From assembly GCA_038231135.1 (NCBI GenBank), contig JBBRLX010000023.1:1-64000 (forward strand): a stretch of DNA of 64,000 nt. The letters run 5' to 3'. The stretch comes from Candidatus Eiseniibacteriota bacterium (GTDB taxonomy: Bacteria > Eisenbacteria > RBG-16-71-46). Made by a program: the position numbers and the translations under genes. This document shows, piece after piece, positions 50,003-59,763 of the stretch (the stretch's first letter is position 1; the number at the start of each line of letters is the position of its first letter). The notes below the pieces were generated by a model. The model was not told the origin of the DNA, made no database searches, and saw only the letters and a program-made list of their open reading frames with translations.

Positions 50003-52051
50003 TCAGCGGAGCGGTGGCCCGGTCGACTCCCCGCCCGGGCCGACATTGTCCAGCCACTGCAGCACGCGGGTGGCGATCGCGTCCGGCGTGAACCCGAAGA
50101 ACTCCTGCACCGCGACGAGCGGCGCGGATTCGCCGAACCGGTCGATGCCGATCGTGAGCCCGCCGACGCCGACGATGCGGTCCCAGCCCACGGTCGAGCC
50201 GGCCTCGATCGACACGCGGCGAATGCCGGGCGGCAGCACGCGGTCGCGCCACGCCGCGTCCTGGGCGCTGAACAACTGCGGCGCCGGCATGCTCACGACC
50301 CGCACGTGGTGTCCCGCCTGCTCGAGGCGCGCCGCGGCGTCGACGGCGAGCCCCAGTTCGGAGCCGGTGGCGATCAGCGTGACCGCGGCGCCCGCGGCCT
50401 CGCGCACCACATAGCCGCCGCGGCGCAGCTCCGCCACGTCGAAGCCGTCGCGCCGCACGATCACGGGCAGCGTCTGCCGCGACAGCGCGATCAGCGTCGG
50501 GCCGTCGCGGCGCTCGAGCGCCAGGCCCCAGGCCGCCGCCGTCTCGACGCCGTCCGCCGGCCGGATCACCAGCAGGTTCGGGATCGCGCGCAGCGTCGCG
50601 AGCTGCTCGATCGGCTCGTGGGTGGGGCCGTCCTCGCCGAGGAACACGCTGTCGTGCGTGAACACCCACACCACCTGGCGGCGCATCAGCGCCGACAGCC
50701 GGATCGCCGGCCGGCAGTAGTCCGTGAAGATCAGGAACGACGCGGCGTAGGGAATGAAGCCGGTGAACGACATGCCGTTCACGATCGCGGCCATGGCGTG
50801 CTCGCGCACGCCGAAGTGGAAATTGCGGCCCGCGAACGCGCCCGCCTCGATCGCGGGCGAGCCCTTGATGAACGTCTTCGTCGACGGCTCGAGGTCCGCG
50901 CTGCCGCCGACGAGCGCCGGGACCAGCGCCGCGGCCTGCTGCAGCACCGCGTTGCCGTGCGCGCGCGTGGCCGCCGCGTCGCGCGGCGCGCCCGCGACCA
51001 GCCGCTCGAACGTGTCCGCCGGCACGCGCCGTTCCACCAGCGCGTCGAACTGCTGCGCCCGCTCCGGGTCCGTGCGGCGCAGCTCGCGCAGCGCGCCCTG
51101 CCACGCCTCGTACTTGGGCCGCAGTGCCGCGGCGCGATCGGCGAACAGCGCGCGCACGTCGTCGGGCACGAGGAACTTCGGCGTCTCGGGCCAGCCCAGC
51201 GCGCGCTTGGCGCCCGCGGTCTCCTCGGGTCCGAGCGGTTCGCCGTGCGCGGCCGCGGTGCCGGCCTTGTGGGGGGCGCCGTAGCCGATCGTGCTGCGCG
51301 CGATCACGAGGCTCGGGCGGGCGGTCTCGGCGACGGCGGCATCGAGCGCGCGCACGAGGTCGGGCCGGTTCTGGGCATCCGCGTGCTCGACGTGCCAGCC
51401 ATAGGCCTCGAACCGCCGGCCGACGTCCTCGGTGAACGCGAGCTGGGTGTCGCCTTCGATCGAGATGTGATTGCTGTCGTAGACGAACTTGAGGTTGCCG
51501 AGCCGCCAGTGGCCCGCGAGCGACGCCGCCTCCGAGGCCACACCCTCCATGAGATCGCCGTCGCCGCAGATGCCGAACACCCGGTAGTCCGCGGGATCGA
51601 ACCCCGGCGTCGCGATCCGCGCCGACAGCATGCGGCCCGCAACCGCCATGCCGACCGCGTTGCCGATCCCCTGGCCCAGCGGGCCCGTCGTGGTCTCGAC
51701 GCCCACGGTGTGCCCCGCCTCGGGATGCCCGGGCGTGCGGCTGCCGAGCTGGCGGAACCGCTCGAGCTCGGCCAGCGGCAGGTCGTAGCCGGCGAGATGC
51801 AGCATCGCGTACAGCAGCATCGATCCGTGCCCGGCAGACAGCACGAACCGGTCGCGGCCGAACCACGCCGGATCCTGCGGCTGATACCGGAGGTAGCGGG
51901 TCCACAGCAGATACGCCACGTCGGCCATGCCCATCGGCATGCCGGGGTGGCCCGATTTCGCCTGTTCGACCGCATCCACGGCGAGGAAGCGGATGGTGTT
52001 CACCGCGCGCTGCTCGAGTGTCGGGTCGATGGCGGATGCAACGGTCGTCAT
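50003..52051 (-). CDS. tkt: Transketolase
   Basis: SGHPGMPMG, DRFVLSAGH, TTGPLGQG, GDGDLMEG, FGVREH, THDS..GEDGPTH. Confidence 0.97.
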   Translation of the reverse strand: MTTVASAIDPTLEQRAVNTIRFLAVDAVEQAKSGHPGMPMGMADVAYLLWTRYLRYQPQDPAWFGRDRFVLSAGHGSMLLYAMLHLAGYDLPLAELERFRQLGSRTPGHPEAGHTVGVETTTGPLGQGIGNAVGMAVAGRMLSARIATPGFDPADYRVFGICGDGDLMEGVASEAASLAGHWRLGNLKFVYDSNHISIEGDTQLAFTEDVGRRFEAYGWHVEHADAQNRPDLVRALDAAVAETARPSLVIARSTIGYGAPHKAGTAAAHGEPLGPEETAGAKRALGWPETPKFLVPDDVRALFADRAAALRPKYEAWQGALRELRRTDPERAQQFDALVERRVPADTFERLVAGAPRDAAATRAHGNAVLQQAAALVPALVGGSADLEPSTKTFIKGSPAIEAGAFAGRNFHFGVREHAMAAIVNGMSFTGFIPYAASFLIFTDYCRPAIRLSALMRRQVVWVFTHDSVFLGEDGPTHEPIEQLATLRAIPNLLVIRPADGVETAAAWGLALERRDGPTLIALSRQTLPVIVRRDGFDVAELRRGGYVVREAAGAAVTLIATGSELGLAVDAAARLEQAGHHVRVVSMPAPQLFSAQDAAWRDRVLPPGIRRVSIEAGSTVGWDRIVGVGGLTIGIDRFGESAPLVAVQEFFGFTPDAIATRVLQWLDNVGPGGESTGPPLR

Positions 52052-52136
52052 GGCGTCTCCTGAACGAAGGTCGGCGGCGTGAAGCGCCAGCGTGCGACGA
52101 ATGCGGGCGCGGCGGCGGCGCCGACACCAGGCGGAT

Positions 52137-53111
52137 TCATGGATGCGTCAACGCGTAGGATGCGGCCCCCCACAGCGCGGTGCGCGGATCGAGGATCACC
52201 GACACCGGCAGCGGCTCGAGCACCGGCGACAGCCGTCCCTTGTCGCGGAACGCGCGCATGAACCGGCCGTCGAGGAGCAGGTTGCCGAGCCGGGGCGCGA
52301 TGCCGCCACCCAGGTACACGCCGCCGAGCGCGAGCGACTTGAGCGCCAGGTTGCCGGCTTCGGCGCCGTACACGTCGATGAACATCCCGATCGCGAGCCC
52401 CGAACGCTCGCAACTGCCGTCGAGCGCCGTTTCGGTGACGACCGCCGCCGGATCGTCGGTCGTCGCGAACCGCCGCGCGACCGCCGGCGGCTCGGCGCCG
52501 CGGCGCGTGTCGGTCAGAAATCGGTAGAGGTCGGCGATGCCGGGGCCCGACAGGATGCGCTCGTAGCTCACCCGCCCGTAGCGGGCGCGCAGCCACTGCA
52601 GCAGCTCGTCCTCGAGCGCGTTGCGCGGGCCGAAGTCGGTGTGGCCGCCCTCGGTGGGAATCGGCAGCCACCCCGGGGCGTGCGGGGCGACGATCGCCTC
52701 GCCCAGTCCGGTGCCGGCCGCGATCAGCGCGCGCGGCCCGTCGCCGGGCACACCCGCGTGCACCACCATCAGGTCGTCGGGTCCGAGTTGCGGCAACCCC
52801 ATCGCGGTGGTGGCGAGATCGTTGAGCAGCGTGCACTGGACGCCGAGCCGGGCGCCGAGCGCGTCGCCGTCGATCCTCCACGGCAGGTTCGTCGCCTCAC
52901 AGCGGTTGTCGCGCACCGGGCCCGCGATGCCGAACACGGCGCGCTCCGGCCGCCCCGGCTGCTGCGCCATGAACTCGGCGAGCAGGGCGTCGAACGTGGC
53001 GTGACCGCGGGTCGCGAGCCGCGAGTCCCGGCGCGGCGCGCGCGGGCCCAGGTCACGGTCGAACCAGCCGAGCTCCGCCTTGGTGCCGCCGATGTCACCG
53101 GCTAGGATCAT
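52137..53111 (-). CDS. glk: Glucokinase
   Basis: AGDIGGT, GIAGPV, TNLPW, LLND, AGTGLG, EGGH, GGVYLGGGI. Confidence 0.95.
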   Translation of the reverse strand: MILAGDIGGTKAELGWFDRDLGPRAPRRDSRLATRGHATFDALLAEFMAQQPGRPERAVFGIAGPVRDNRCEATNLPWRIDGDALGARLGVQCTLLNDLATTAMGLPQLGPDDLMVVHAGVPGDGPRALIAAGTGLGEAIVAPHAPGWLPIPTEGGHTDFGPRNALEDELLQWLRARYGRVSYERILSGPGIADLYRFLTDTRRGAEPPAVARRFATTDDPAAVVTETALDGSCERSGLAIGMFIDVYGAEAGNLALKSLALGGVYLGGGIAPRLGNLLLDGRFMRAFRDKGRLSPVLEPLPVSVILDPRTALWGAASYALTHP

Positions 53112-53289
53112 GCGTTCAGGTGTCCTCAGGGAGGGGATTTACCGTCAGGCGGCATCGCTCGCGAGCCCAGGCCCGCCGGCGCTGCCGCACCGCCGCGGCG
53201 CGTGCGACCGGAGCATGCGGCATTTGGGCGCCCGCGCCAAAGACGTGAGGAAAGCCCGTGTCAGCCCCGTTTGTGTCCGGATTCCCGAG

Positions 53290-54453
53290 ATGACGTCATC
53301 TGTGCGGCTGCCCGCGCTCACGCCCGCCGAGCTGCGCCGCTACGGGCGTCACCTGCTGCTGCCCGAAATTGGCCTCGACGGCCAGCGCCGGCTCAAGGCC
53401 GCGAGCGTGCTGATCGTGGGCGCGGGCGGCCTGGGCTCGCCGCTCGCGCTGTATCTGGCCGCCGCCGGCATCGGCCGCATCGGGCTCGTCGACTTCGACG
53501 TCGTGGACGCGAGCAACCTGCAGCGCCAGATCCTGTACGGCACCGCCGACGTGGGCGGCCCCAAGCTCGAGGCGGCGCGCCGGCGGCTCGCTGATCTCAA
53601 TCCCCTGGTCCAGGTCGAGACGCACGGCGTCCGGCTCACGCGCGACAACGCGCTCGACATCCTCGGCGCCTACGACATTATTGCCGACGGGACGGACAAT
53701 TTTGCCACCCGCTACCTGGTGAACGACGCCTGTGTGCTGCTCGGCAAGCCGAATGTATACGGCAGCATCTATCGATTCGAAGGCCAGGCGAGCGTGTTCC
53801 ATTCCGGGCACGGGCCGTGCTACCGCTGCCTGTACCCGGATCCTCCGCCGCCGGGGCTCGTGCCGTCGTGTGCGGAGGGCGGAGTGCTCGGAGTACTGCC
53901 GGGCGTGATCGGAGTGATCCAGGGCATCGAGGCGATCAAGCTCGTGCTCGGCGTCGGGGAATCGCTGATCGGGAGGCTCTTGGTGTTCGACGCGCTCGGC
54001 ATGCGGTTCCGCGAACTCAAGCTGCGGCGCGACCCCGCCTGCCCGTTGTGCGGCGACTCGCCGACCCTCCACGAGTTGATCGACTACGAGCAGTTCTGTG
54101 GCGTGGGTGCGGACGGCGCCACGGACGGGAGCGCTGCGGACGCGGTCACGGCGCGCGGGCTGGCCGCGGCCCGCGCGGCAGGCGAGCAGCCGCTGCTCGT
54201 CGACGTGCGGGAGCCGCATGAATGGGAGATTGCCCGCATCGAGGGCTCGCGGCTGGTGCCGCTCGCCACGCTGCCGGACGGGCTCGCGGACGTGGATCGC
54301 GAGCGCGACATCGTGCTGGTTTGCCATCAGGGAGTGCGGAGCCGGACGGCGCTCGACATCCTGCGCGCGGCCGGGTTCCACAGGCTCCGGAACCTCGAAG
54401 GCGGCATCGACGCCTGGTCCACCGAGGTCGACCCCACGGTCGACCGTTACTGA
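53290..54453 (+). CDS. moeB: ThiF/MoeB adenylyltransferase with C-terminal rhodanese (MoeZ-type)
   Basis: RYGRH, GAGGLG, SNLQRQ, DGTDN, CYRC, SCAEGGVLG, CPLC, rhodanese DVRE..E..CHQGVRS. Confidence 0.93.
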   Translation: MTSSVRLPALTPAELRRYGRHLLLPEIGLDGQRRLKAASVLIVGAGGLGSPLALYLAAAGIGRIGLVDFDVVDASNLQRQILYGTADVGGPKLEAARRRLADLNPLVQVETHGVRLTRDNALDILGAYDIIADGTDNFATRYLVNDACVLLGKPNVYGSIYRFEGQASVFHSGHGPCYRCLYPDPPPPGLVPSCAEGGVLGVLPGVIGVIQGIEAIKLVLGVGESLIGRLLVFDALGMRFRELKLRRDPACPLCGDSPTLHELIDYEQFCGVGADGATDGSAADAVTARGLAAARAAGEQPLLVDVREPHEWEIARIEGSRLVPLATLPDGLADVDRERDIVLVCHQGVRSRTALDILRAAGFHRLRNLEGGIDAWSTEVDPTVDRY

Positions 54454-54467
54454 CAGGGAGGCATGAC

Positions 54468-55955
54468 GTGTACCGACCCCTCCGTACCCCGCTCGTCCTG
54501 GGTCTCGCAATGTCGTTCGCCGGAGCGCTGGTGTTCATGGCGCTCCCGGGCTGCGCCACGAATCCGGTGTCCGGCAAGCGCCAGTTCTCGCTCGTCAGCC
54601 CGCAGCAGGAGCTGTCGATGGGCGCGGAAGGCAACACTGCGGTGATCGCCGAATATGGGGCGTACGACGACCCGCGGCTCGCTGCCTATGTCGACAGCGT
54701 CGGCCAGGCGCTCGCGAAGGTATCGCACGAGCCCGGCCTGACGTGGCATTTCACCGTGGTCGACGACCCCACGGTGAACGCGTTCGCGCTGCCCGGCGGG
54801 TACATCTACATCACGCGCGGCATCCTCGCGCACTTGAATTCCGAGGCGCAGCTCGCGGGGGTGATGGGTCACGAGATCGGCCACGTCACGGCACGGCATT
54901 CGGCGCAGCAGGTGACCCAGCAGCAGCTCGCGGGACTCGGCCTGGGGCTCGCGTCGGCGCTGTCGCCGACGTTCCAGCGCTACGGTGCGCTCGCGCAGCA
55001 GGGGCTGAGCCTGATGTTCCTCAAGTACAGCCGCGCGGACGAGACGCAGGCGGACGAGCTGGGTGTGGAGTATTCGACCAAGGCCGGCTGGGACTCGCGC
55101 CAGATGCCGCTCACCTACCAGATGCTGGCGCGGGTGAGCGACGTGGCCGGCGGCCAGCAGCTGCCGACGTTCCTCTCGACGCACCCGGACCCGGGCGACC
55201 GGCAGGCTCGGACCACCGCGCTGTCGGCCGCGGCCACGCAGGGCAAGACGAACCTCGCCATCCGTCCGGGCAACTACCTGTCGCACGTGAACAACATCGT
55301 CTTCGGCACGGACCCGCGGGGCGGCTACTTCGAGAACGGTCACTTCTACCATCCAACGCTCGGGTTCGAGCTGGCGATGCCGGCCGGCTGGCAGACGCAG
55401 AACCAGAAATCCGCCGTGGTCGCGGCCGAGCCCCAGCAGCACGGCATGATGCAGCTCACCATCGTGAACACCGGGGGCGTGTCGCCGGCGGCGTACGTGC
55501 AGCAACTGGTGTCGGGCGGCAAGATCACCGACGCGCGTGGCGCTTCCGAAACGATCGGTGGGTTCGCGGCGTGGACGGGACGGCTCGCCACGCAGAACCA
55601 GGACGGCACCCCGGGCTCGCTGATCGCCGTGTTCATCCAGCGCTCGGCGAATGAGACGTTCCAGGTCCTCGGGCAGAGCGCCGCGGCCGGCGACTCCTAC
55701 GAGGCCGCGATCCTCGCCAGTGCCCGGTCGTTCCGCTCCCTGAGCGAGGCGTCACGCCGCAACCCGGCTCCCGACCGCGTGGTCGTGGTCGGCGCTCCGC
55801 AATCCGGCACGTTTCAGGAGGTGCTGGCGCGGCTCGGCCCCATCGCGATCACGCCCCAGCAGGAAACGGTGCTCAACAACCTCGACCTGGACGCCACGGT
55901 ACGGCAGGGGCAATCGATCAAAGTCGTCCGATCGGGATCGCGCGCCGGCCGCTGA
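54468..55955 (+). CDS. M48 family metalloprotease lipoprotein
   Basis: LPGC lipobox then ATNPVSG; NAFALPGG, HEIGH, YSRADETQAD, LSTHP. Confidence 0.92.
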   Translation: MYRPLRTPLVLGLAMSFAGALVFMALPGCATNPVSGKRQFSLVSPQQELSMGAEGNTAVIAEYGAYDDPRLAAYVDSVGQALAKVSHEPGLTWHFTVVDDPTVNAFALPGGYIYITRGILAHLNSEAQLAGVMGHEIGHVTARHSAQQVTQQQLAGLGLGLASALSPTFQRYGALAQQGLSLMFLKYSRADETQADELGVEYSTKAGWDSRQMPLTYQMLARVSDVAGGQQLPTFLSTHPDPGDRQARTTALSAAATQGKTNLAIRPGNYLSHVNNIVFGTDPRGGYFENGHFYHPTLGFELAMPAGWQTQNQKSAVVAAEPQQHGMMQLTIVNTGGVSPAAYVQQLVSGGKITDARGASETIGGFAAWTGRLATQNQDGTPGSLIAVFIQRSANETFQVLGQSAAAGDSYEAAILASARSFRSLSEASRRNPAPDRVVVVGAPQSGTFQEVLARLGPIAITPQQETVLNNLDLDATVRQGQSIKVVRSGSRAGR

Positions 55956-56022
55956 ACTACCGCTGCACGCCGCGTCTGCCCGGACGGGCTAGCGCCATGA
56001 GCGCTCGCGAGATCGGATAAGT

Positions 56023-56040
56023 TTGTGCCGATTTTCACAA
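56023..56040. promoter_or_regulatory. Rex-type operator
   Basis: TTGTGCCGATTTTCACAA, 18 bp, matches TTGTGAA-N4-TTCACAA at 12 of 14 specified positions. Confidence 0.7.
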
Positions 56041-56045
56041 ACGGG

Positions 56046-56075
56046 TTGACAGGATTGGAACGTGCGCCTTAGTTT
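56046..56075 (+). promoter_or_regulatory. Sigma-70-type promoter of act operon
   Basis: TTGACA-18 bp-TAGTTT upstream of actA. Confidence 0.6.
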
Positions 56076-56093
56076 CCGCCCCGGCCCGAACTT

Positions 56094-56624
56094 ATGAAAC
56101 GATACCTCGTTCCAGTTCTCATCGTCAGCACACTTGCACTGGGCACGGCTGCCTTCACGCAGTCGTTCTCGGTATCGCTCGGTTTGAAGCAGGGTCCGGA
56201 ACAACCGATCCACTTCAGCCACAAGCTGCACGCGGGCAAGCTGCAGATGAACTGTCTCTACTGCCACTACTCGGCCGAGAAGTCCACGGTCGCGAACATT
56301 CCGACGCCCTACACCTGCATGGGGTGCCATCGCGTGGCGGCCACCGACCGGCCCGAGATCCAGAAGCTGACGAAGTACTACGACAGCGGCCAGAGTCCGC
56401 CGTGGGTCGAGGTCCACCGGCTGCCGGATCACGTGAAGTTCAATCACAAGCGCCACGTGAAGGCCGACATCGCCTGCCAGACCTGCCACGGGCCAGTCCA
56501 GGAGATGGACGTCGTGTACCAGTACTCGTCGCTCAAGATGGGCTGGTGCCTCAAGTGCCACCGCGAAAATCTCGACAACCCGAAGCACCCGGCCACGATG
56601 GACTGTCTGGCCTGCCACCACTAG
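56094..56624 (+). CDS. actA: Alternative complex III pentaheme cytochrome c
   Basis: N-terminal TM; QPIHFSHKLH; five CxxCH (CLYCH, CMGCH, CQTCH, CLKCH, CLACH). Confidence 0.92.
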   Translation: MKRYLVPVLIVSTLALGTAAFTQSFSVSLGLKQGPEQPIHFSHKLHAGKLQMNCLYCHYSAEKSTVANIPTPYTCMGCHRVAATDRPEIQKLTKYYDSGQSPPWVEVHRLPDHVKFNHKRHVKADIACQTCHGPVQEMDVVYQYSSLKMGWCLKCHRENLDNPKHPATMDCLACHH

Positions 56625-56632
56625 GAAACGCG

Positions 56633-59600
56633 ATGTCCGACTCCGTGGTGTTCAATCGCAGAGACTTCCTCAAGCTCGTCGGCCTGGGCGCGGTCGGCGT
56701 CGCTGGCTGCTCCCAGCCGGCGGAGAAGCTGATTCCCTACCTGGTGCCGCCCGAGGACATCCTGCCGGGTGTCGCCTACTGGTACGCGAGCACCTGCCGC
56801 GAGTGCTCCGCGGGCTGCGGCATCCTCGTCAAGACCCGCGAGGGCCGCGCGATCAAGATCGAAGGCAACCCCGCGCATCCGGTGAACCGCGGCGGGGTGT
56901 GCGCGCGCGGCCACGCGGGGCTCCAGGGGCTCTACAACCCCGATCGCCTGCGCACGCCGATGATGAAGAACGGCTCCGCGTGGCAGGCGGTGACGTGGGA
57001 CGAGGCGCTCAAGACCGCGGCTGCGAAGCTGGCCGGCGCGCGCGCCGCCGGCAAGTCGATCGCGCTCGTGACGGACAACGTGACGGGTTCGTTCCAGCGC
57101 CTGGCGGATACGTGGGCGGCCGCGGCGGGCGGCACGCACCTGGTGTACGAGCCGATCACCTACCACGCGCTGCGCGAGGCGAACAAGCGCACGTTCGGCG
57201 TGGACGCGGTGCCGGACTTCGACTTCGCGCGCGCGAACGGCGTGATTTCGTTCGGCGCCGACTTCCTCGAGACGTGGATCAATCCGACCGGGTTCGCGCG
57301 CGGGTTCAGCGCGATGCGCGCCCGTCCCGAGGCGTTCTTCGTCTCGGTCGAGCCGCGACTGTCGAACACCGGCGCCAACGCCGACGAGTGGGTCGCCGTG
57401 CGCCCCGGCGGCGAGATGGCGGTCGCGCTCGGCATGGTGCACGAGATCGTCGCCCAGGGCCTGGGTGTCACCGGCAACCACGCCGGCGTCGCGGACGCCG
57501 TCAAGGACTGGAGCCCCGAGGCCGTCGAGCAGCAGACCGACGTTCCGGCCGCGGTGATCCGGCGGCTGGCGGTGATGTTTGCAAAGGCCCGGCCCTCGCT
57601 GGCGGTGGCCGGCGGAGTCGCGTCGCAGAGCGAGCTGGCGGTGGCGATGGTCGCCGCGGTGAACCTGCTGAACCACGTGGCCGGCAACGTCGGCGAGACG
57701 GTGCGCTTCGACCGCACGTGGAACTTCGACGCGGTGGCGCCGCTGTCCGAGCTGCAGCAGCTCGCGGGCCGCATGTCGGACGGCAGCGTGGGCGCGCTCG
57801 TGGTCTACAACGCGAACCCGGTGTACGCGGCCCCGGCGTGGTCCGGCATCGCCGCGGCGATTGACAAGGTGCCGTTCAAGATCTCGCTGTCGTCGATGCT
57901 GGACGAGACCAGCGAGCGCTGCGACCTGATCCTGCCGAGCCTGCATCCGCTCGAGATGCAGGGCGATGCCGAGACCCAGCACGGCGTCCATTCGATGCTC
58001 CAGCCGACGATGAAGCCGGTGCCGACGTTCGACGCGCGCACGCCGGGCGACACGCTGATCGCGCTCGCGCACGGCGCGGGCTTCGGCACGTTCCCCGCGA
58101 GCTGGCACGAGTATCTGACCGGCGAATGGCGGTCGCTGAGCGGCCGGTTCGGCGCGGGCGAGGAGTTCGACGCGTTCTGGGACCGCATGACGAAGACCGG
58201 TGGGGCGTGGGGCGAGCCCACGGGTTCCACGCCGGGCTGGGGCGCGATGCCGGCGTTCGCCGCTCCCGAGCTGCGCGGCGCCGGGGATCTGGCGCTGATC
58301 GTCTATCCGTCCTCACTGCTCTATGACGGCCGCGGCGCGAACAAGGGCTGGCTGCAGGAGCTGCCCGATCCCACGACGAAGGCGGTCTGGGGTTCGTGGG
58401 CCGAGCTCCACCCGGACACGGCGAAACGACTGGGAGTCGCCCACGGCGACGCGATCCAGGTCGAGACCGAATCCGGCAGCGTGGTCGTGCCGGCGTTCGT
58501 GTGGGCCGGGATCCGCAAGGACGCCGTCGCGATTCCGCTGGGCCAGGGCCACACGTCGTACGGCCGCTACGCGAAGGATCGCGGCGTGAACGCGTTCCGG
58601 CTGCTGACGCCGGTGCAGGACGCGGCGTCGGGTTCGGTCGCGTACCTCGGCGCGAAGGCGAAGGTGTCGAAGTCGGCCGCCGCGGTCGAGCTCGTCCAGA
58701 CCCAGCACCAGCGGACCCAGCACGATCGCGAGATCGGCCAGGTCATCCCGGTGAGCGCGCTGCTCGGCGGCGCGCGGGCCGCGGCGGCCGGCGGCGGCGG
58801 GACCGCGGGTGTGGCGGCAGCGGGCGGCGACACGGCCGCGGCCGTGGGTGCGCTGAGCCAGATGCTGAGCCCGATGCAGTCGCGGCCCGGGCTCCACACC
58901 GAGCCGCGCGTCCATCCGCCGGGGGAGAAGATCCCGGCGCACTCGGTGAGCGCTGCCGAGCCCGAGCTGGTGGTGCGGAGTCCGCGCCGCGAGCCCGTCG
59001 ACGTCGGTAGCTACAAGCACGCGACGCATCGCTGGGCGATGGCGGTCGACCTCAACTCGTGCACCGGCTGCACGGCGTGCGTTGCCGCGTGCTACGCCGA
59101 GAACAACATTCCGATCATCGGTCCCGAGCACATGAAGCGCGGCCGCGAAATGGCCTGGATCCGGATCGAGCGCTACGACGAGCAGGTCGGCGGCGGCAGG
59201 AACGACGTGCGGTTCGTGCCGATGATGTGCCAGCACTGCAGCGACGCGCCGTGCGAGATCGTGTGCCCGGTGTATGCGACCTACCACAATCCCGAGGGGC
59301 TCAACGCCCAGGTCTACAACCGCTGCGTGGGCACGCGCTACTGCTCGAACAACTGCCCGTACAAGGTCCGCGCGTTCAACTTCTTCGACTACTCGGCGCC
59401 GGACAAGCCGACGTTCGCGTTCGCCGAGCCGCTCAACTGGCAGCTCAACCCGGACGTGACGGTGCGGTCGAAGGGCGTGATGGAGAAGTGCACGATGTGC
59501 ATCCAGCGCATCCTCGAGGGCAAGGGCAACGCGAAGGACGAGAATCGCGAGCTGCGCGACGGCGAGTTCACGACCGCGTGCGCCCAGTCGTGCCCGACCG

Positions 59601-59752
59601 AGGCGATCGTGTTCGGCGATCTGCTGGACCCGCAGAGCCGCGTGGCGAAGCTGTCGCACGGCGAGCGCCGGTACTGGGTGCTGAACGAGCTCAATACCAA
59701 GCCCGGCGTGACGTATCTCAAGAAGATCCAGCGCGACACCGCGACCACCTGA
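56633..59752 (+). CDS. actB: Alternative complex III subunit B (molybdopterin-oxidoreductase-like domain + Fe-S domain)
   Basis: Tat motif RRDFLK, VAGC lipobox, KIEGNP.HP, CTGCTACVAAC, CQHC..APCEIVCP, RCVGTRYCSNNCPY, EKCTMC. Confidence 0.93.
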   Translation: MSDSVVFNRRDFLKLVGLGAVGVAGCSQPAEKLIPYLVPPEDILPGVAYWYASTCRECSAGCGILVKTREGRAIKIEGNPAHPVNRGGVCARGHAGLQGLYNPDRLRTPMMKNGSAWQAVTWDEALKTAAAKLAGARAAGKSIALVTDNVTGSFQRLADTWAAAAGGTHLVYEPITYHALREANKRTFGVDAVPDFDFARANGVISFGADFLETWINPTGFARGFSAMRARPEAFFVSVEPRLSNTGANADEWVAVRPGGEMAVALGMVHEIVAQGLGVTGNHAGVADAVKDWSPEAVEQQTDVPAAVIRRLAVMFAKARPSLAVAGGVASQSELAVAMVAAVNLLNHVAGNVGETVRFDRTWNFDAVAPLSELQQLAGRMSDGSVGALVVYNANPVYAAPAWSGIAAAIDKVPFKISLSSMLDETSERCDLILPSLHPLEMQGDAETQHGVHSMLQPTMKPVPTFDARTPGDTLIALAHGAGFGTFPASWHEYLTGEWRSLSGRFGAGEEFDAFWDRMTKTGGAWGEPTGSTPGWGAMPAFAAPELRGAGDLALIVYPSSLLYDGRGANKGWLQELPDPTTKAVWGSWAELHPDTAKRLGVAHGDAIQVETESGSVVVPAFVWAGIRKDAVAIPLGQGHTSYGRYAKDRGVNAFRLLTPVQDAASGSVAYLGAKAKVSKSAAAVELVQTQHQRTQHDREIGQVIPVSALLGGARAAAAGGGGTAGVAAAGGDTAAAVGALSQMLSPMQSRPGLHTEPRVHPPGEKIPAHSVSAAEPELVVRSPRREPVDVGSYKHATHRWAMAVDLNSCTGCTACVAACYAENNIPIIGPEHMKRGREMAWIRIERYDEQVGGGRNDVRFVPMMCQHCSDAPCEIVCPVYATYHNPEGLNAQVYNRCVGTRYCSNNCPYKVRAFNFFDYSAPDKPTFAFAEPLNWQLNPDVTVRSKGVMEKCTMCIQRILEGKGNAKDENRELRDGEFTTACAQSCPTEAIVFGDLLDPQSRVAKLSHGERRYWVLNELNTKPGVTYLKKIQRDTATT

Positions 59753-59763
59753 GGCCCGATTCC

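Noticed and set aside
53290..54453. MoeB/E1-like gene as part of a ubiquitin-like or defence system
   Set aside because: Ordinary MoeB-rhodanese with no adjacent E2, JAB, sulfur-carrier or cyclase gene.
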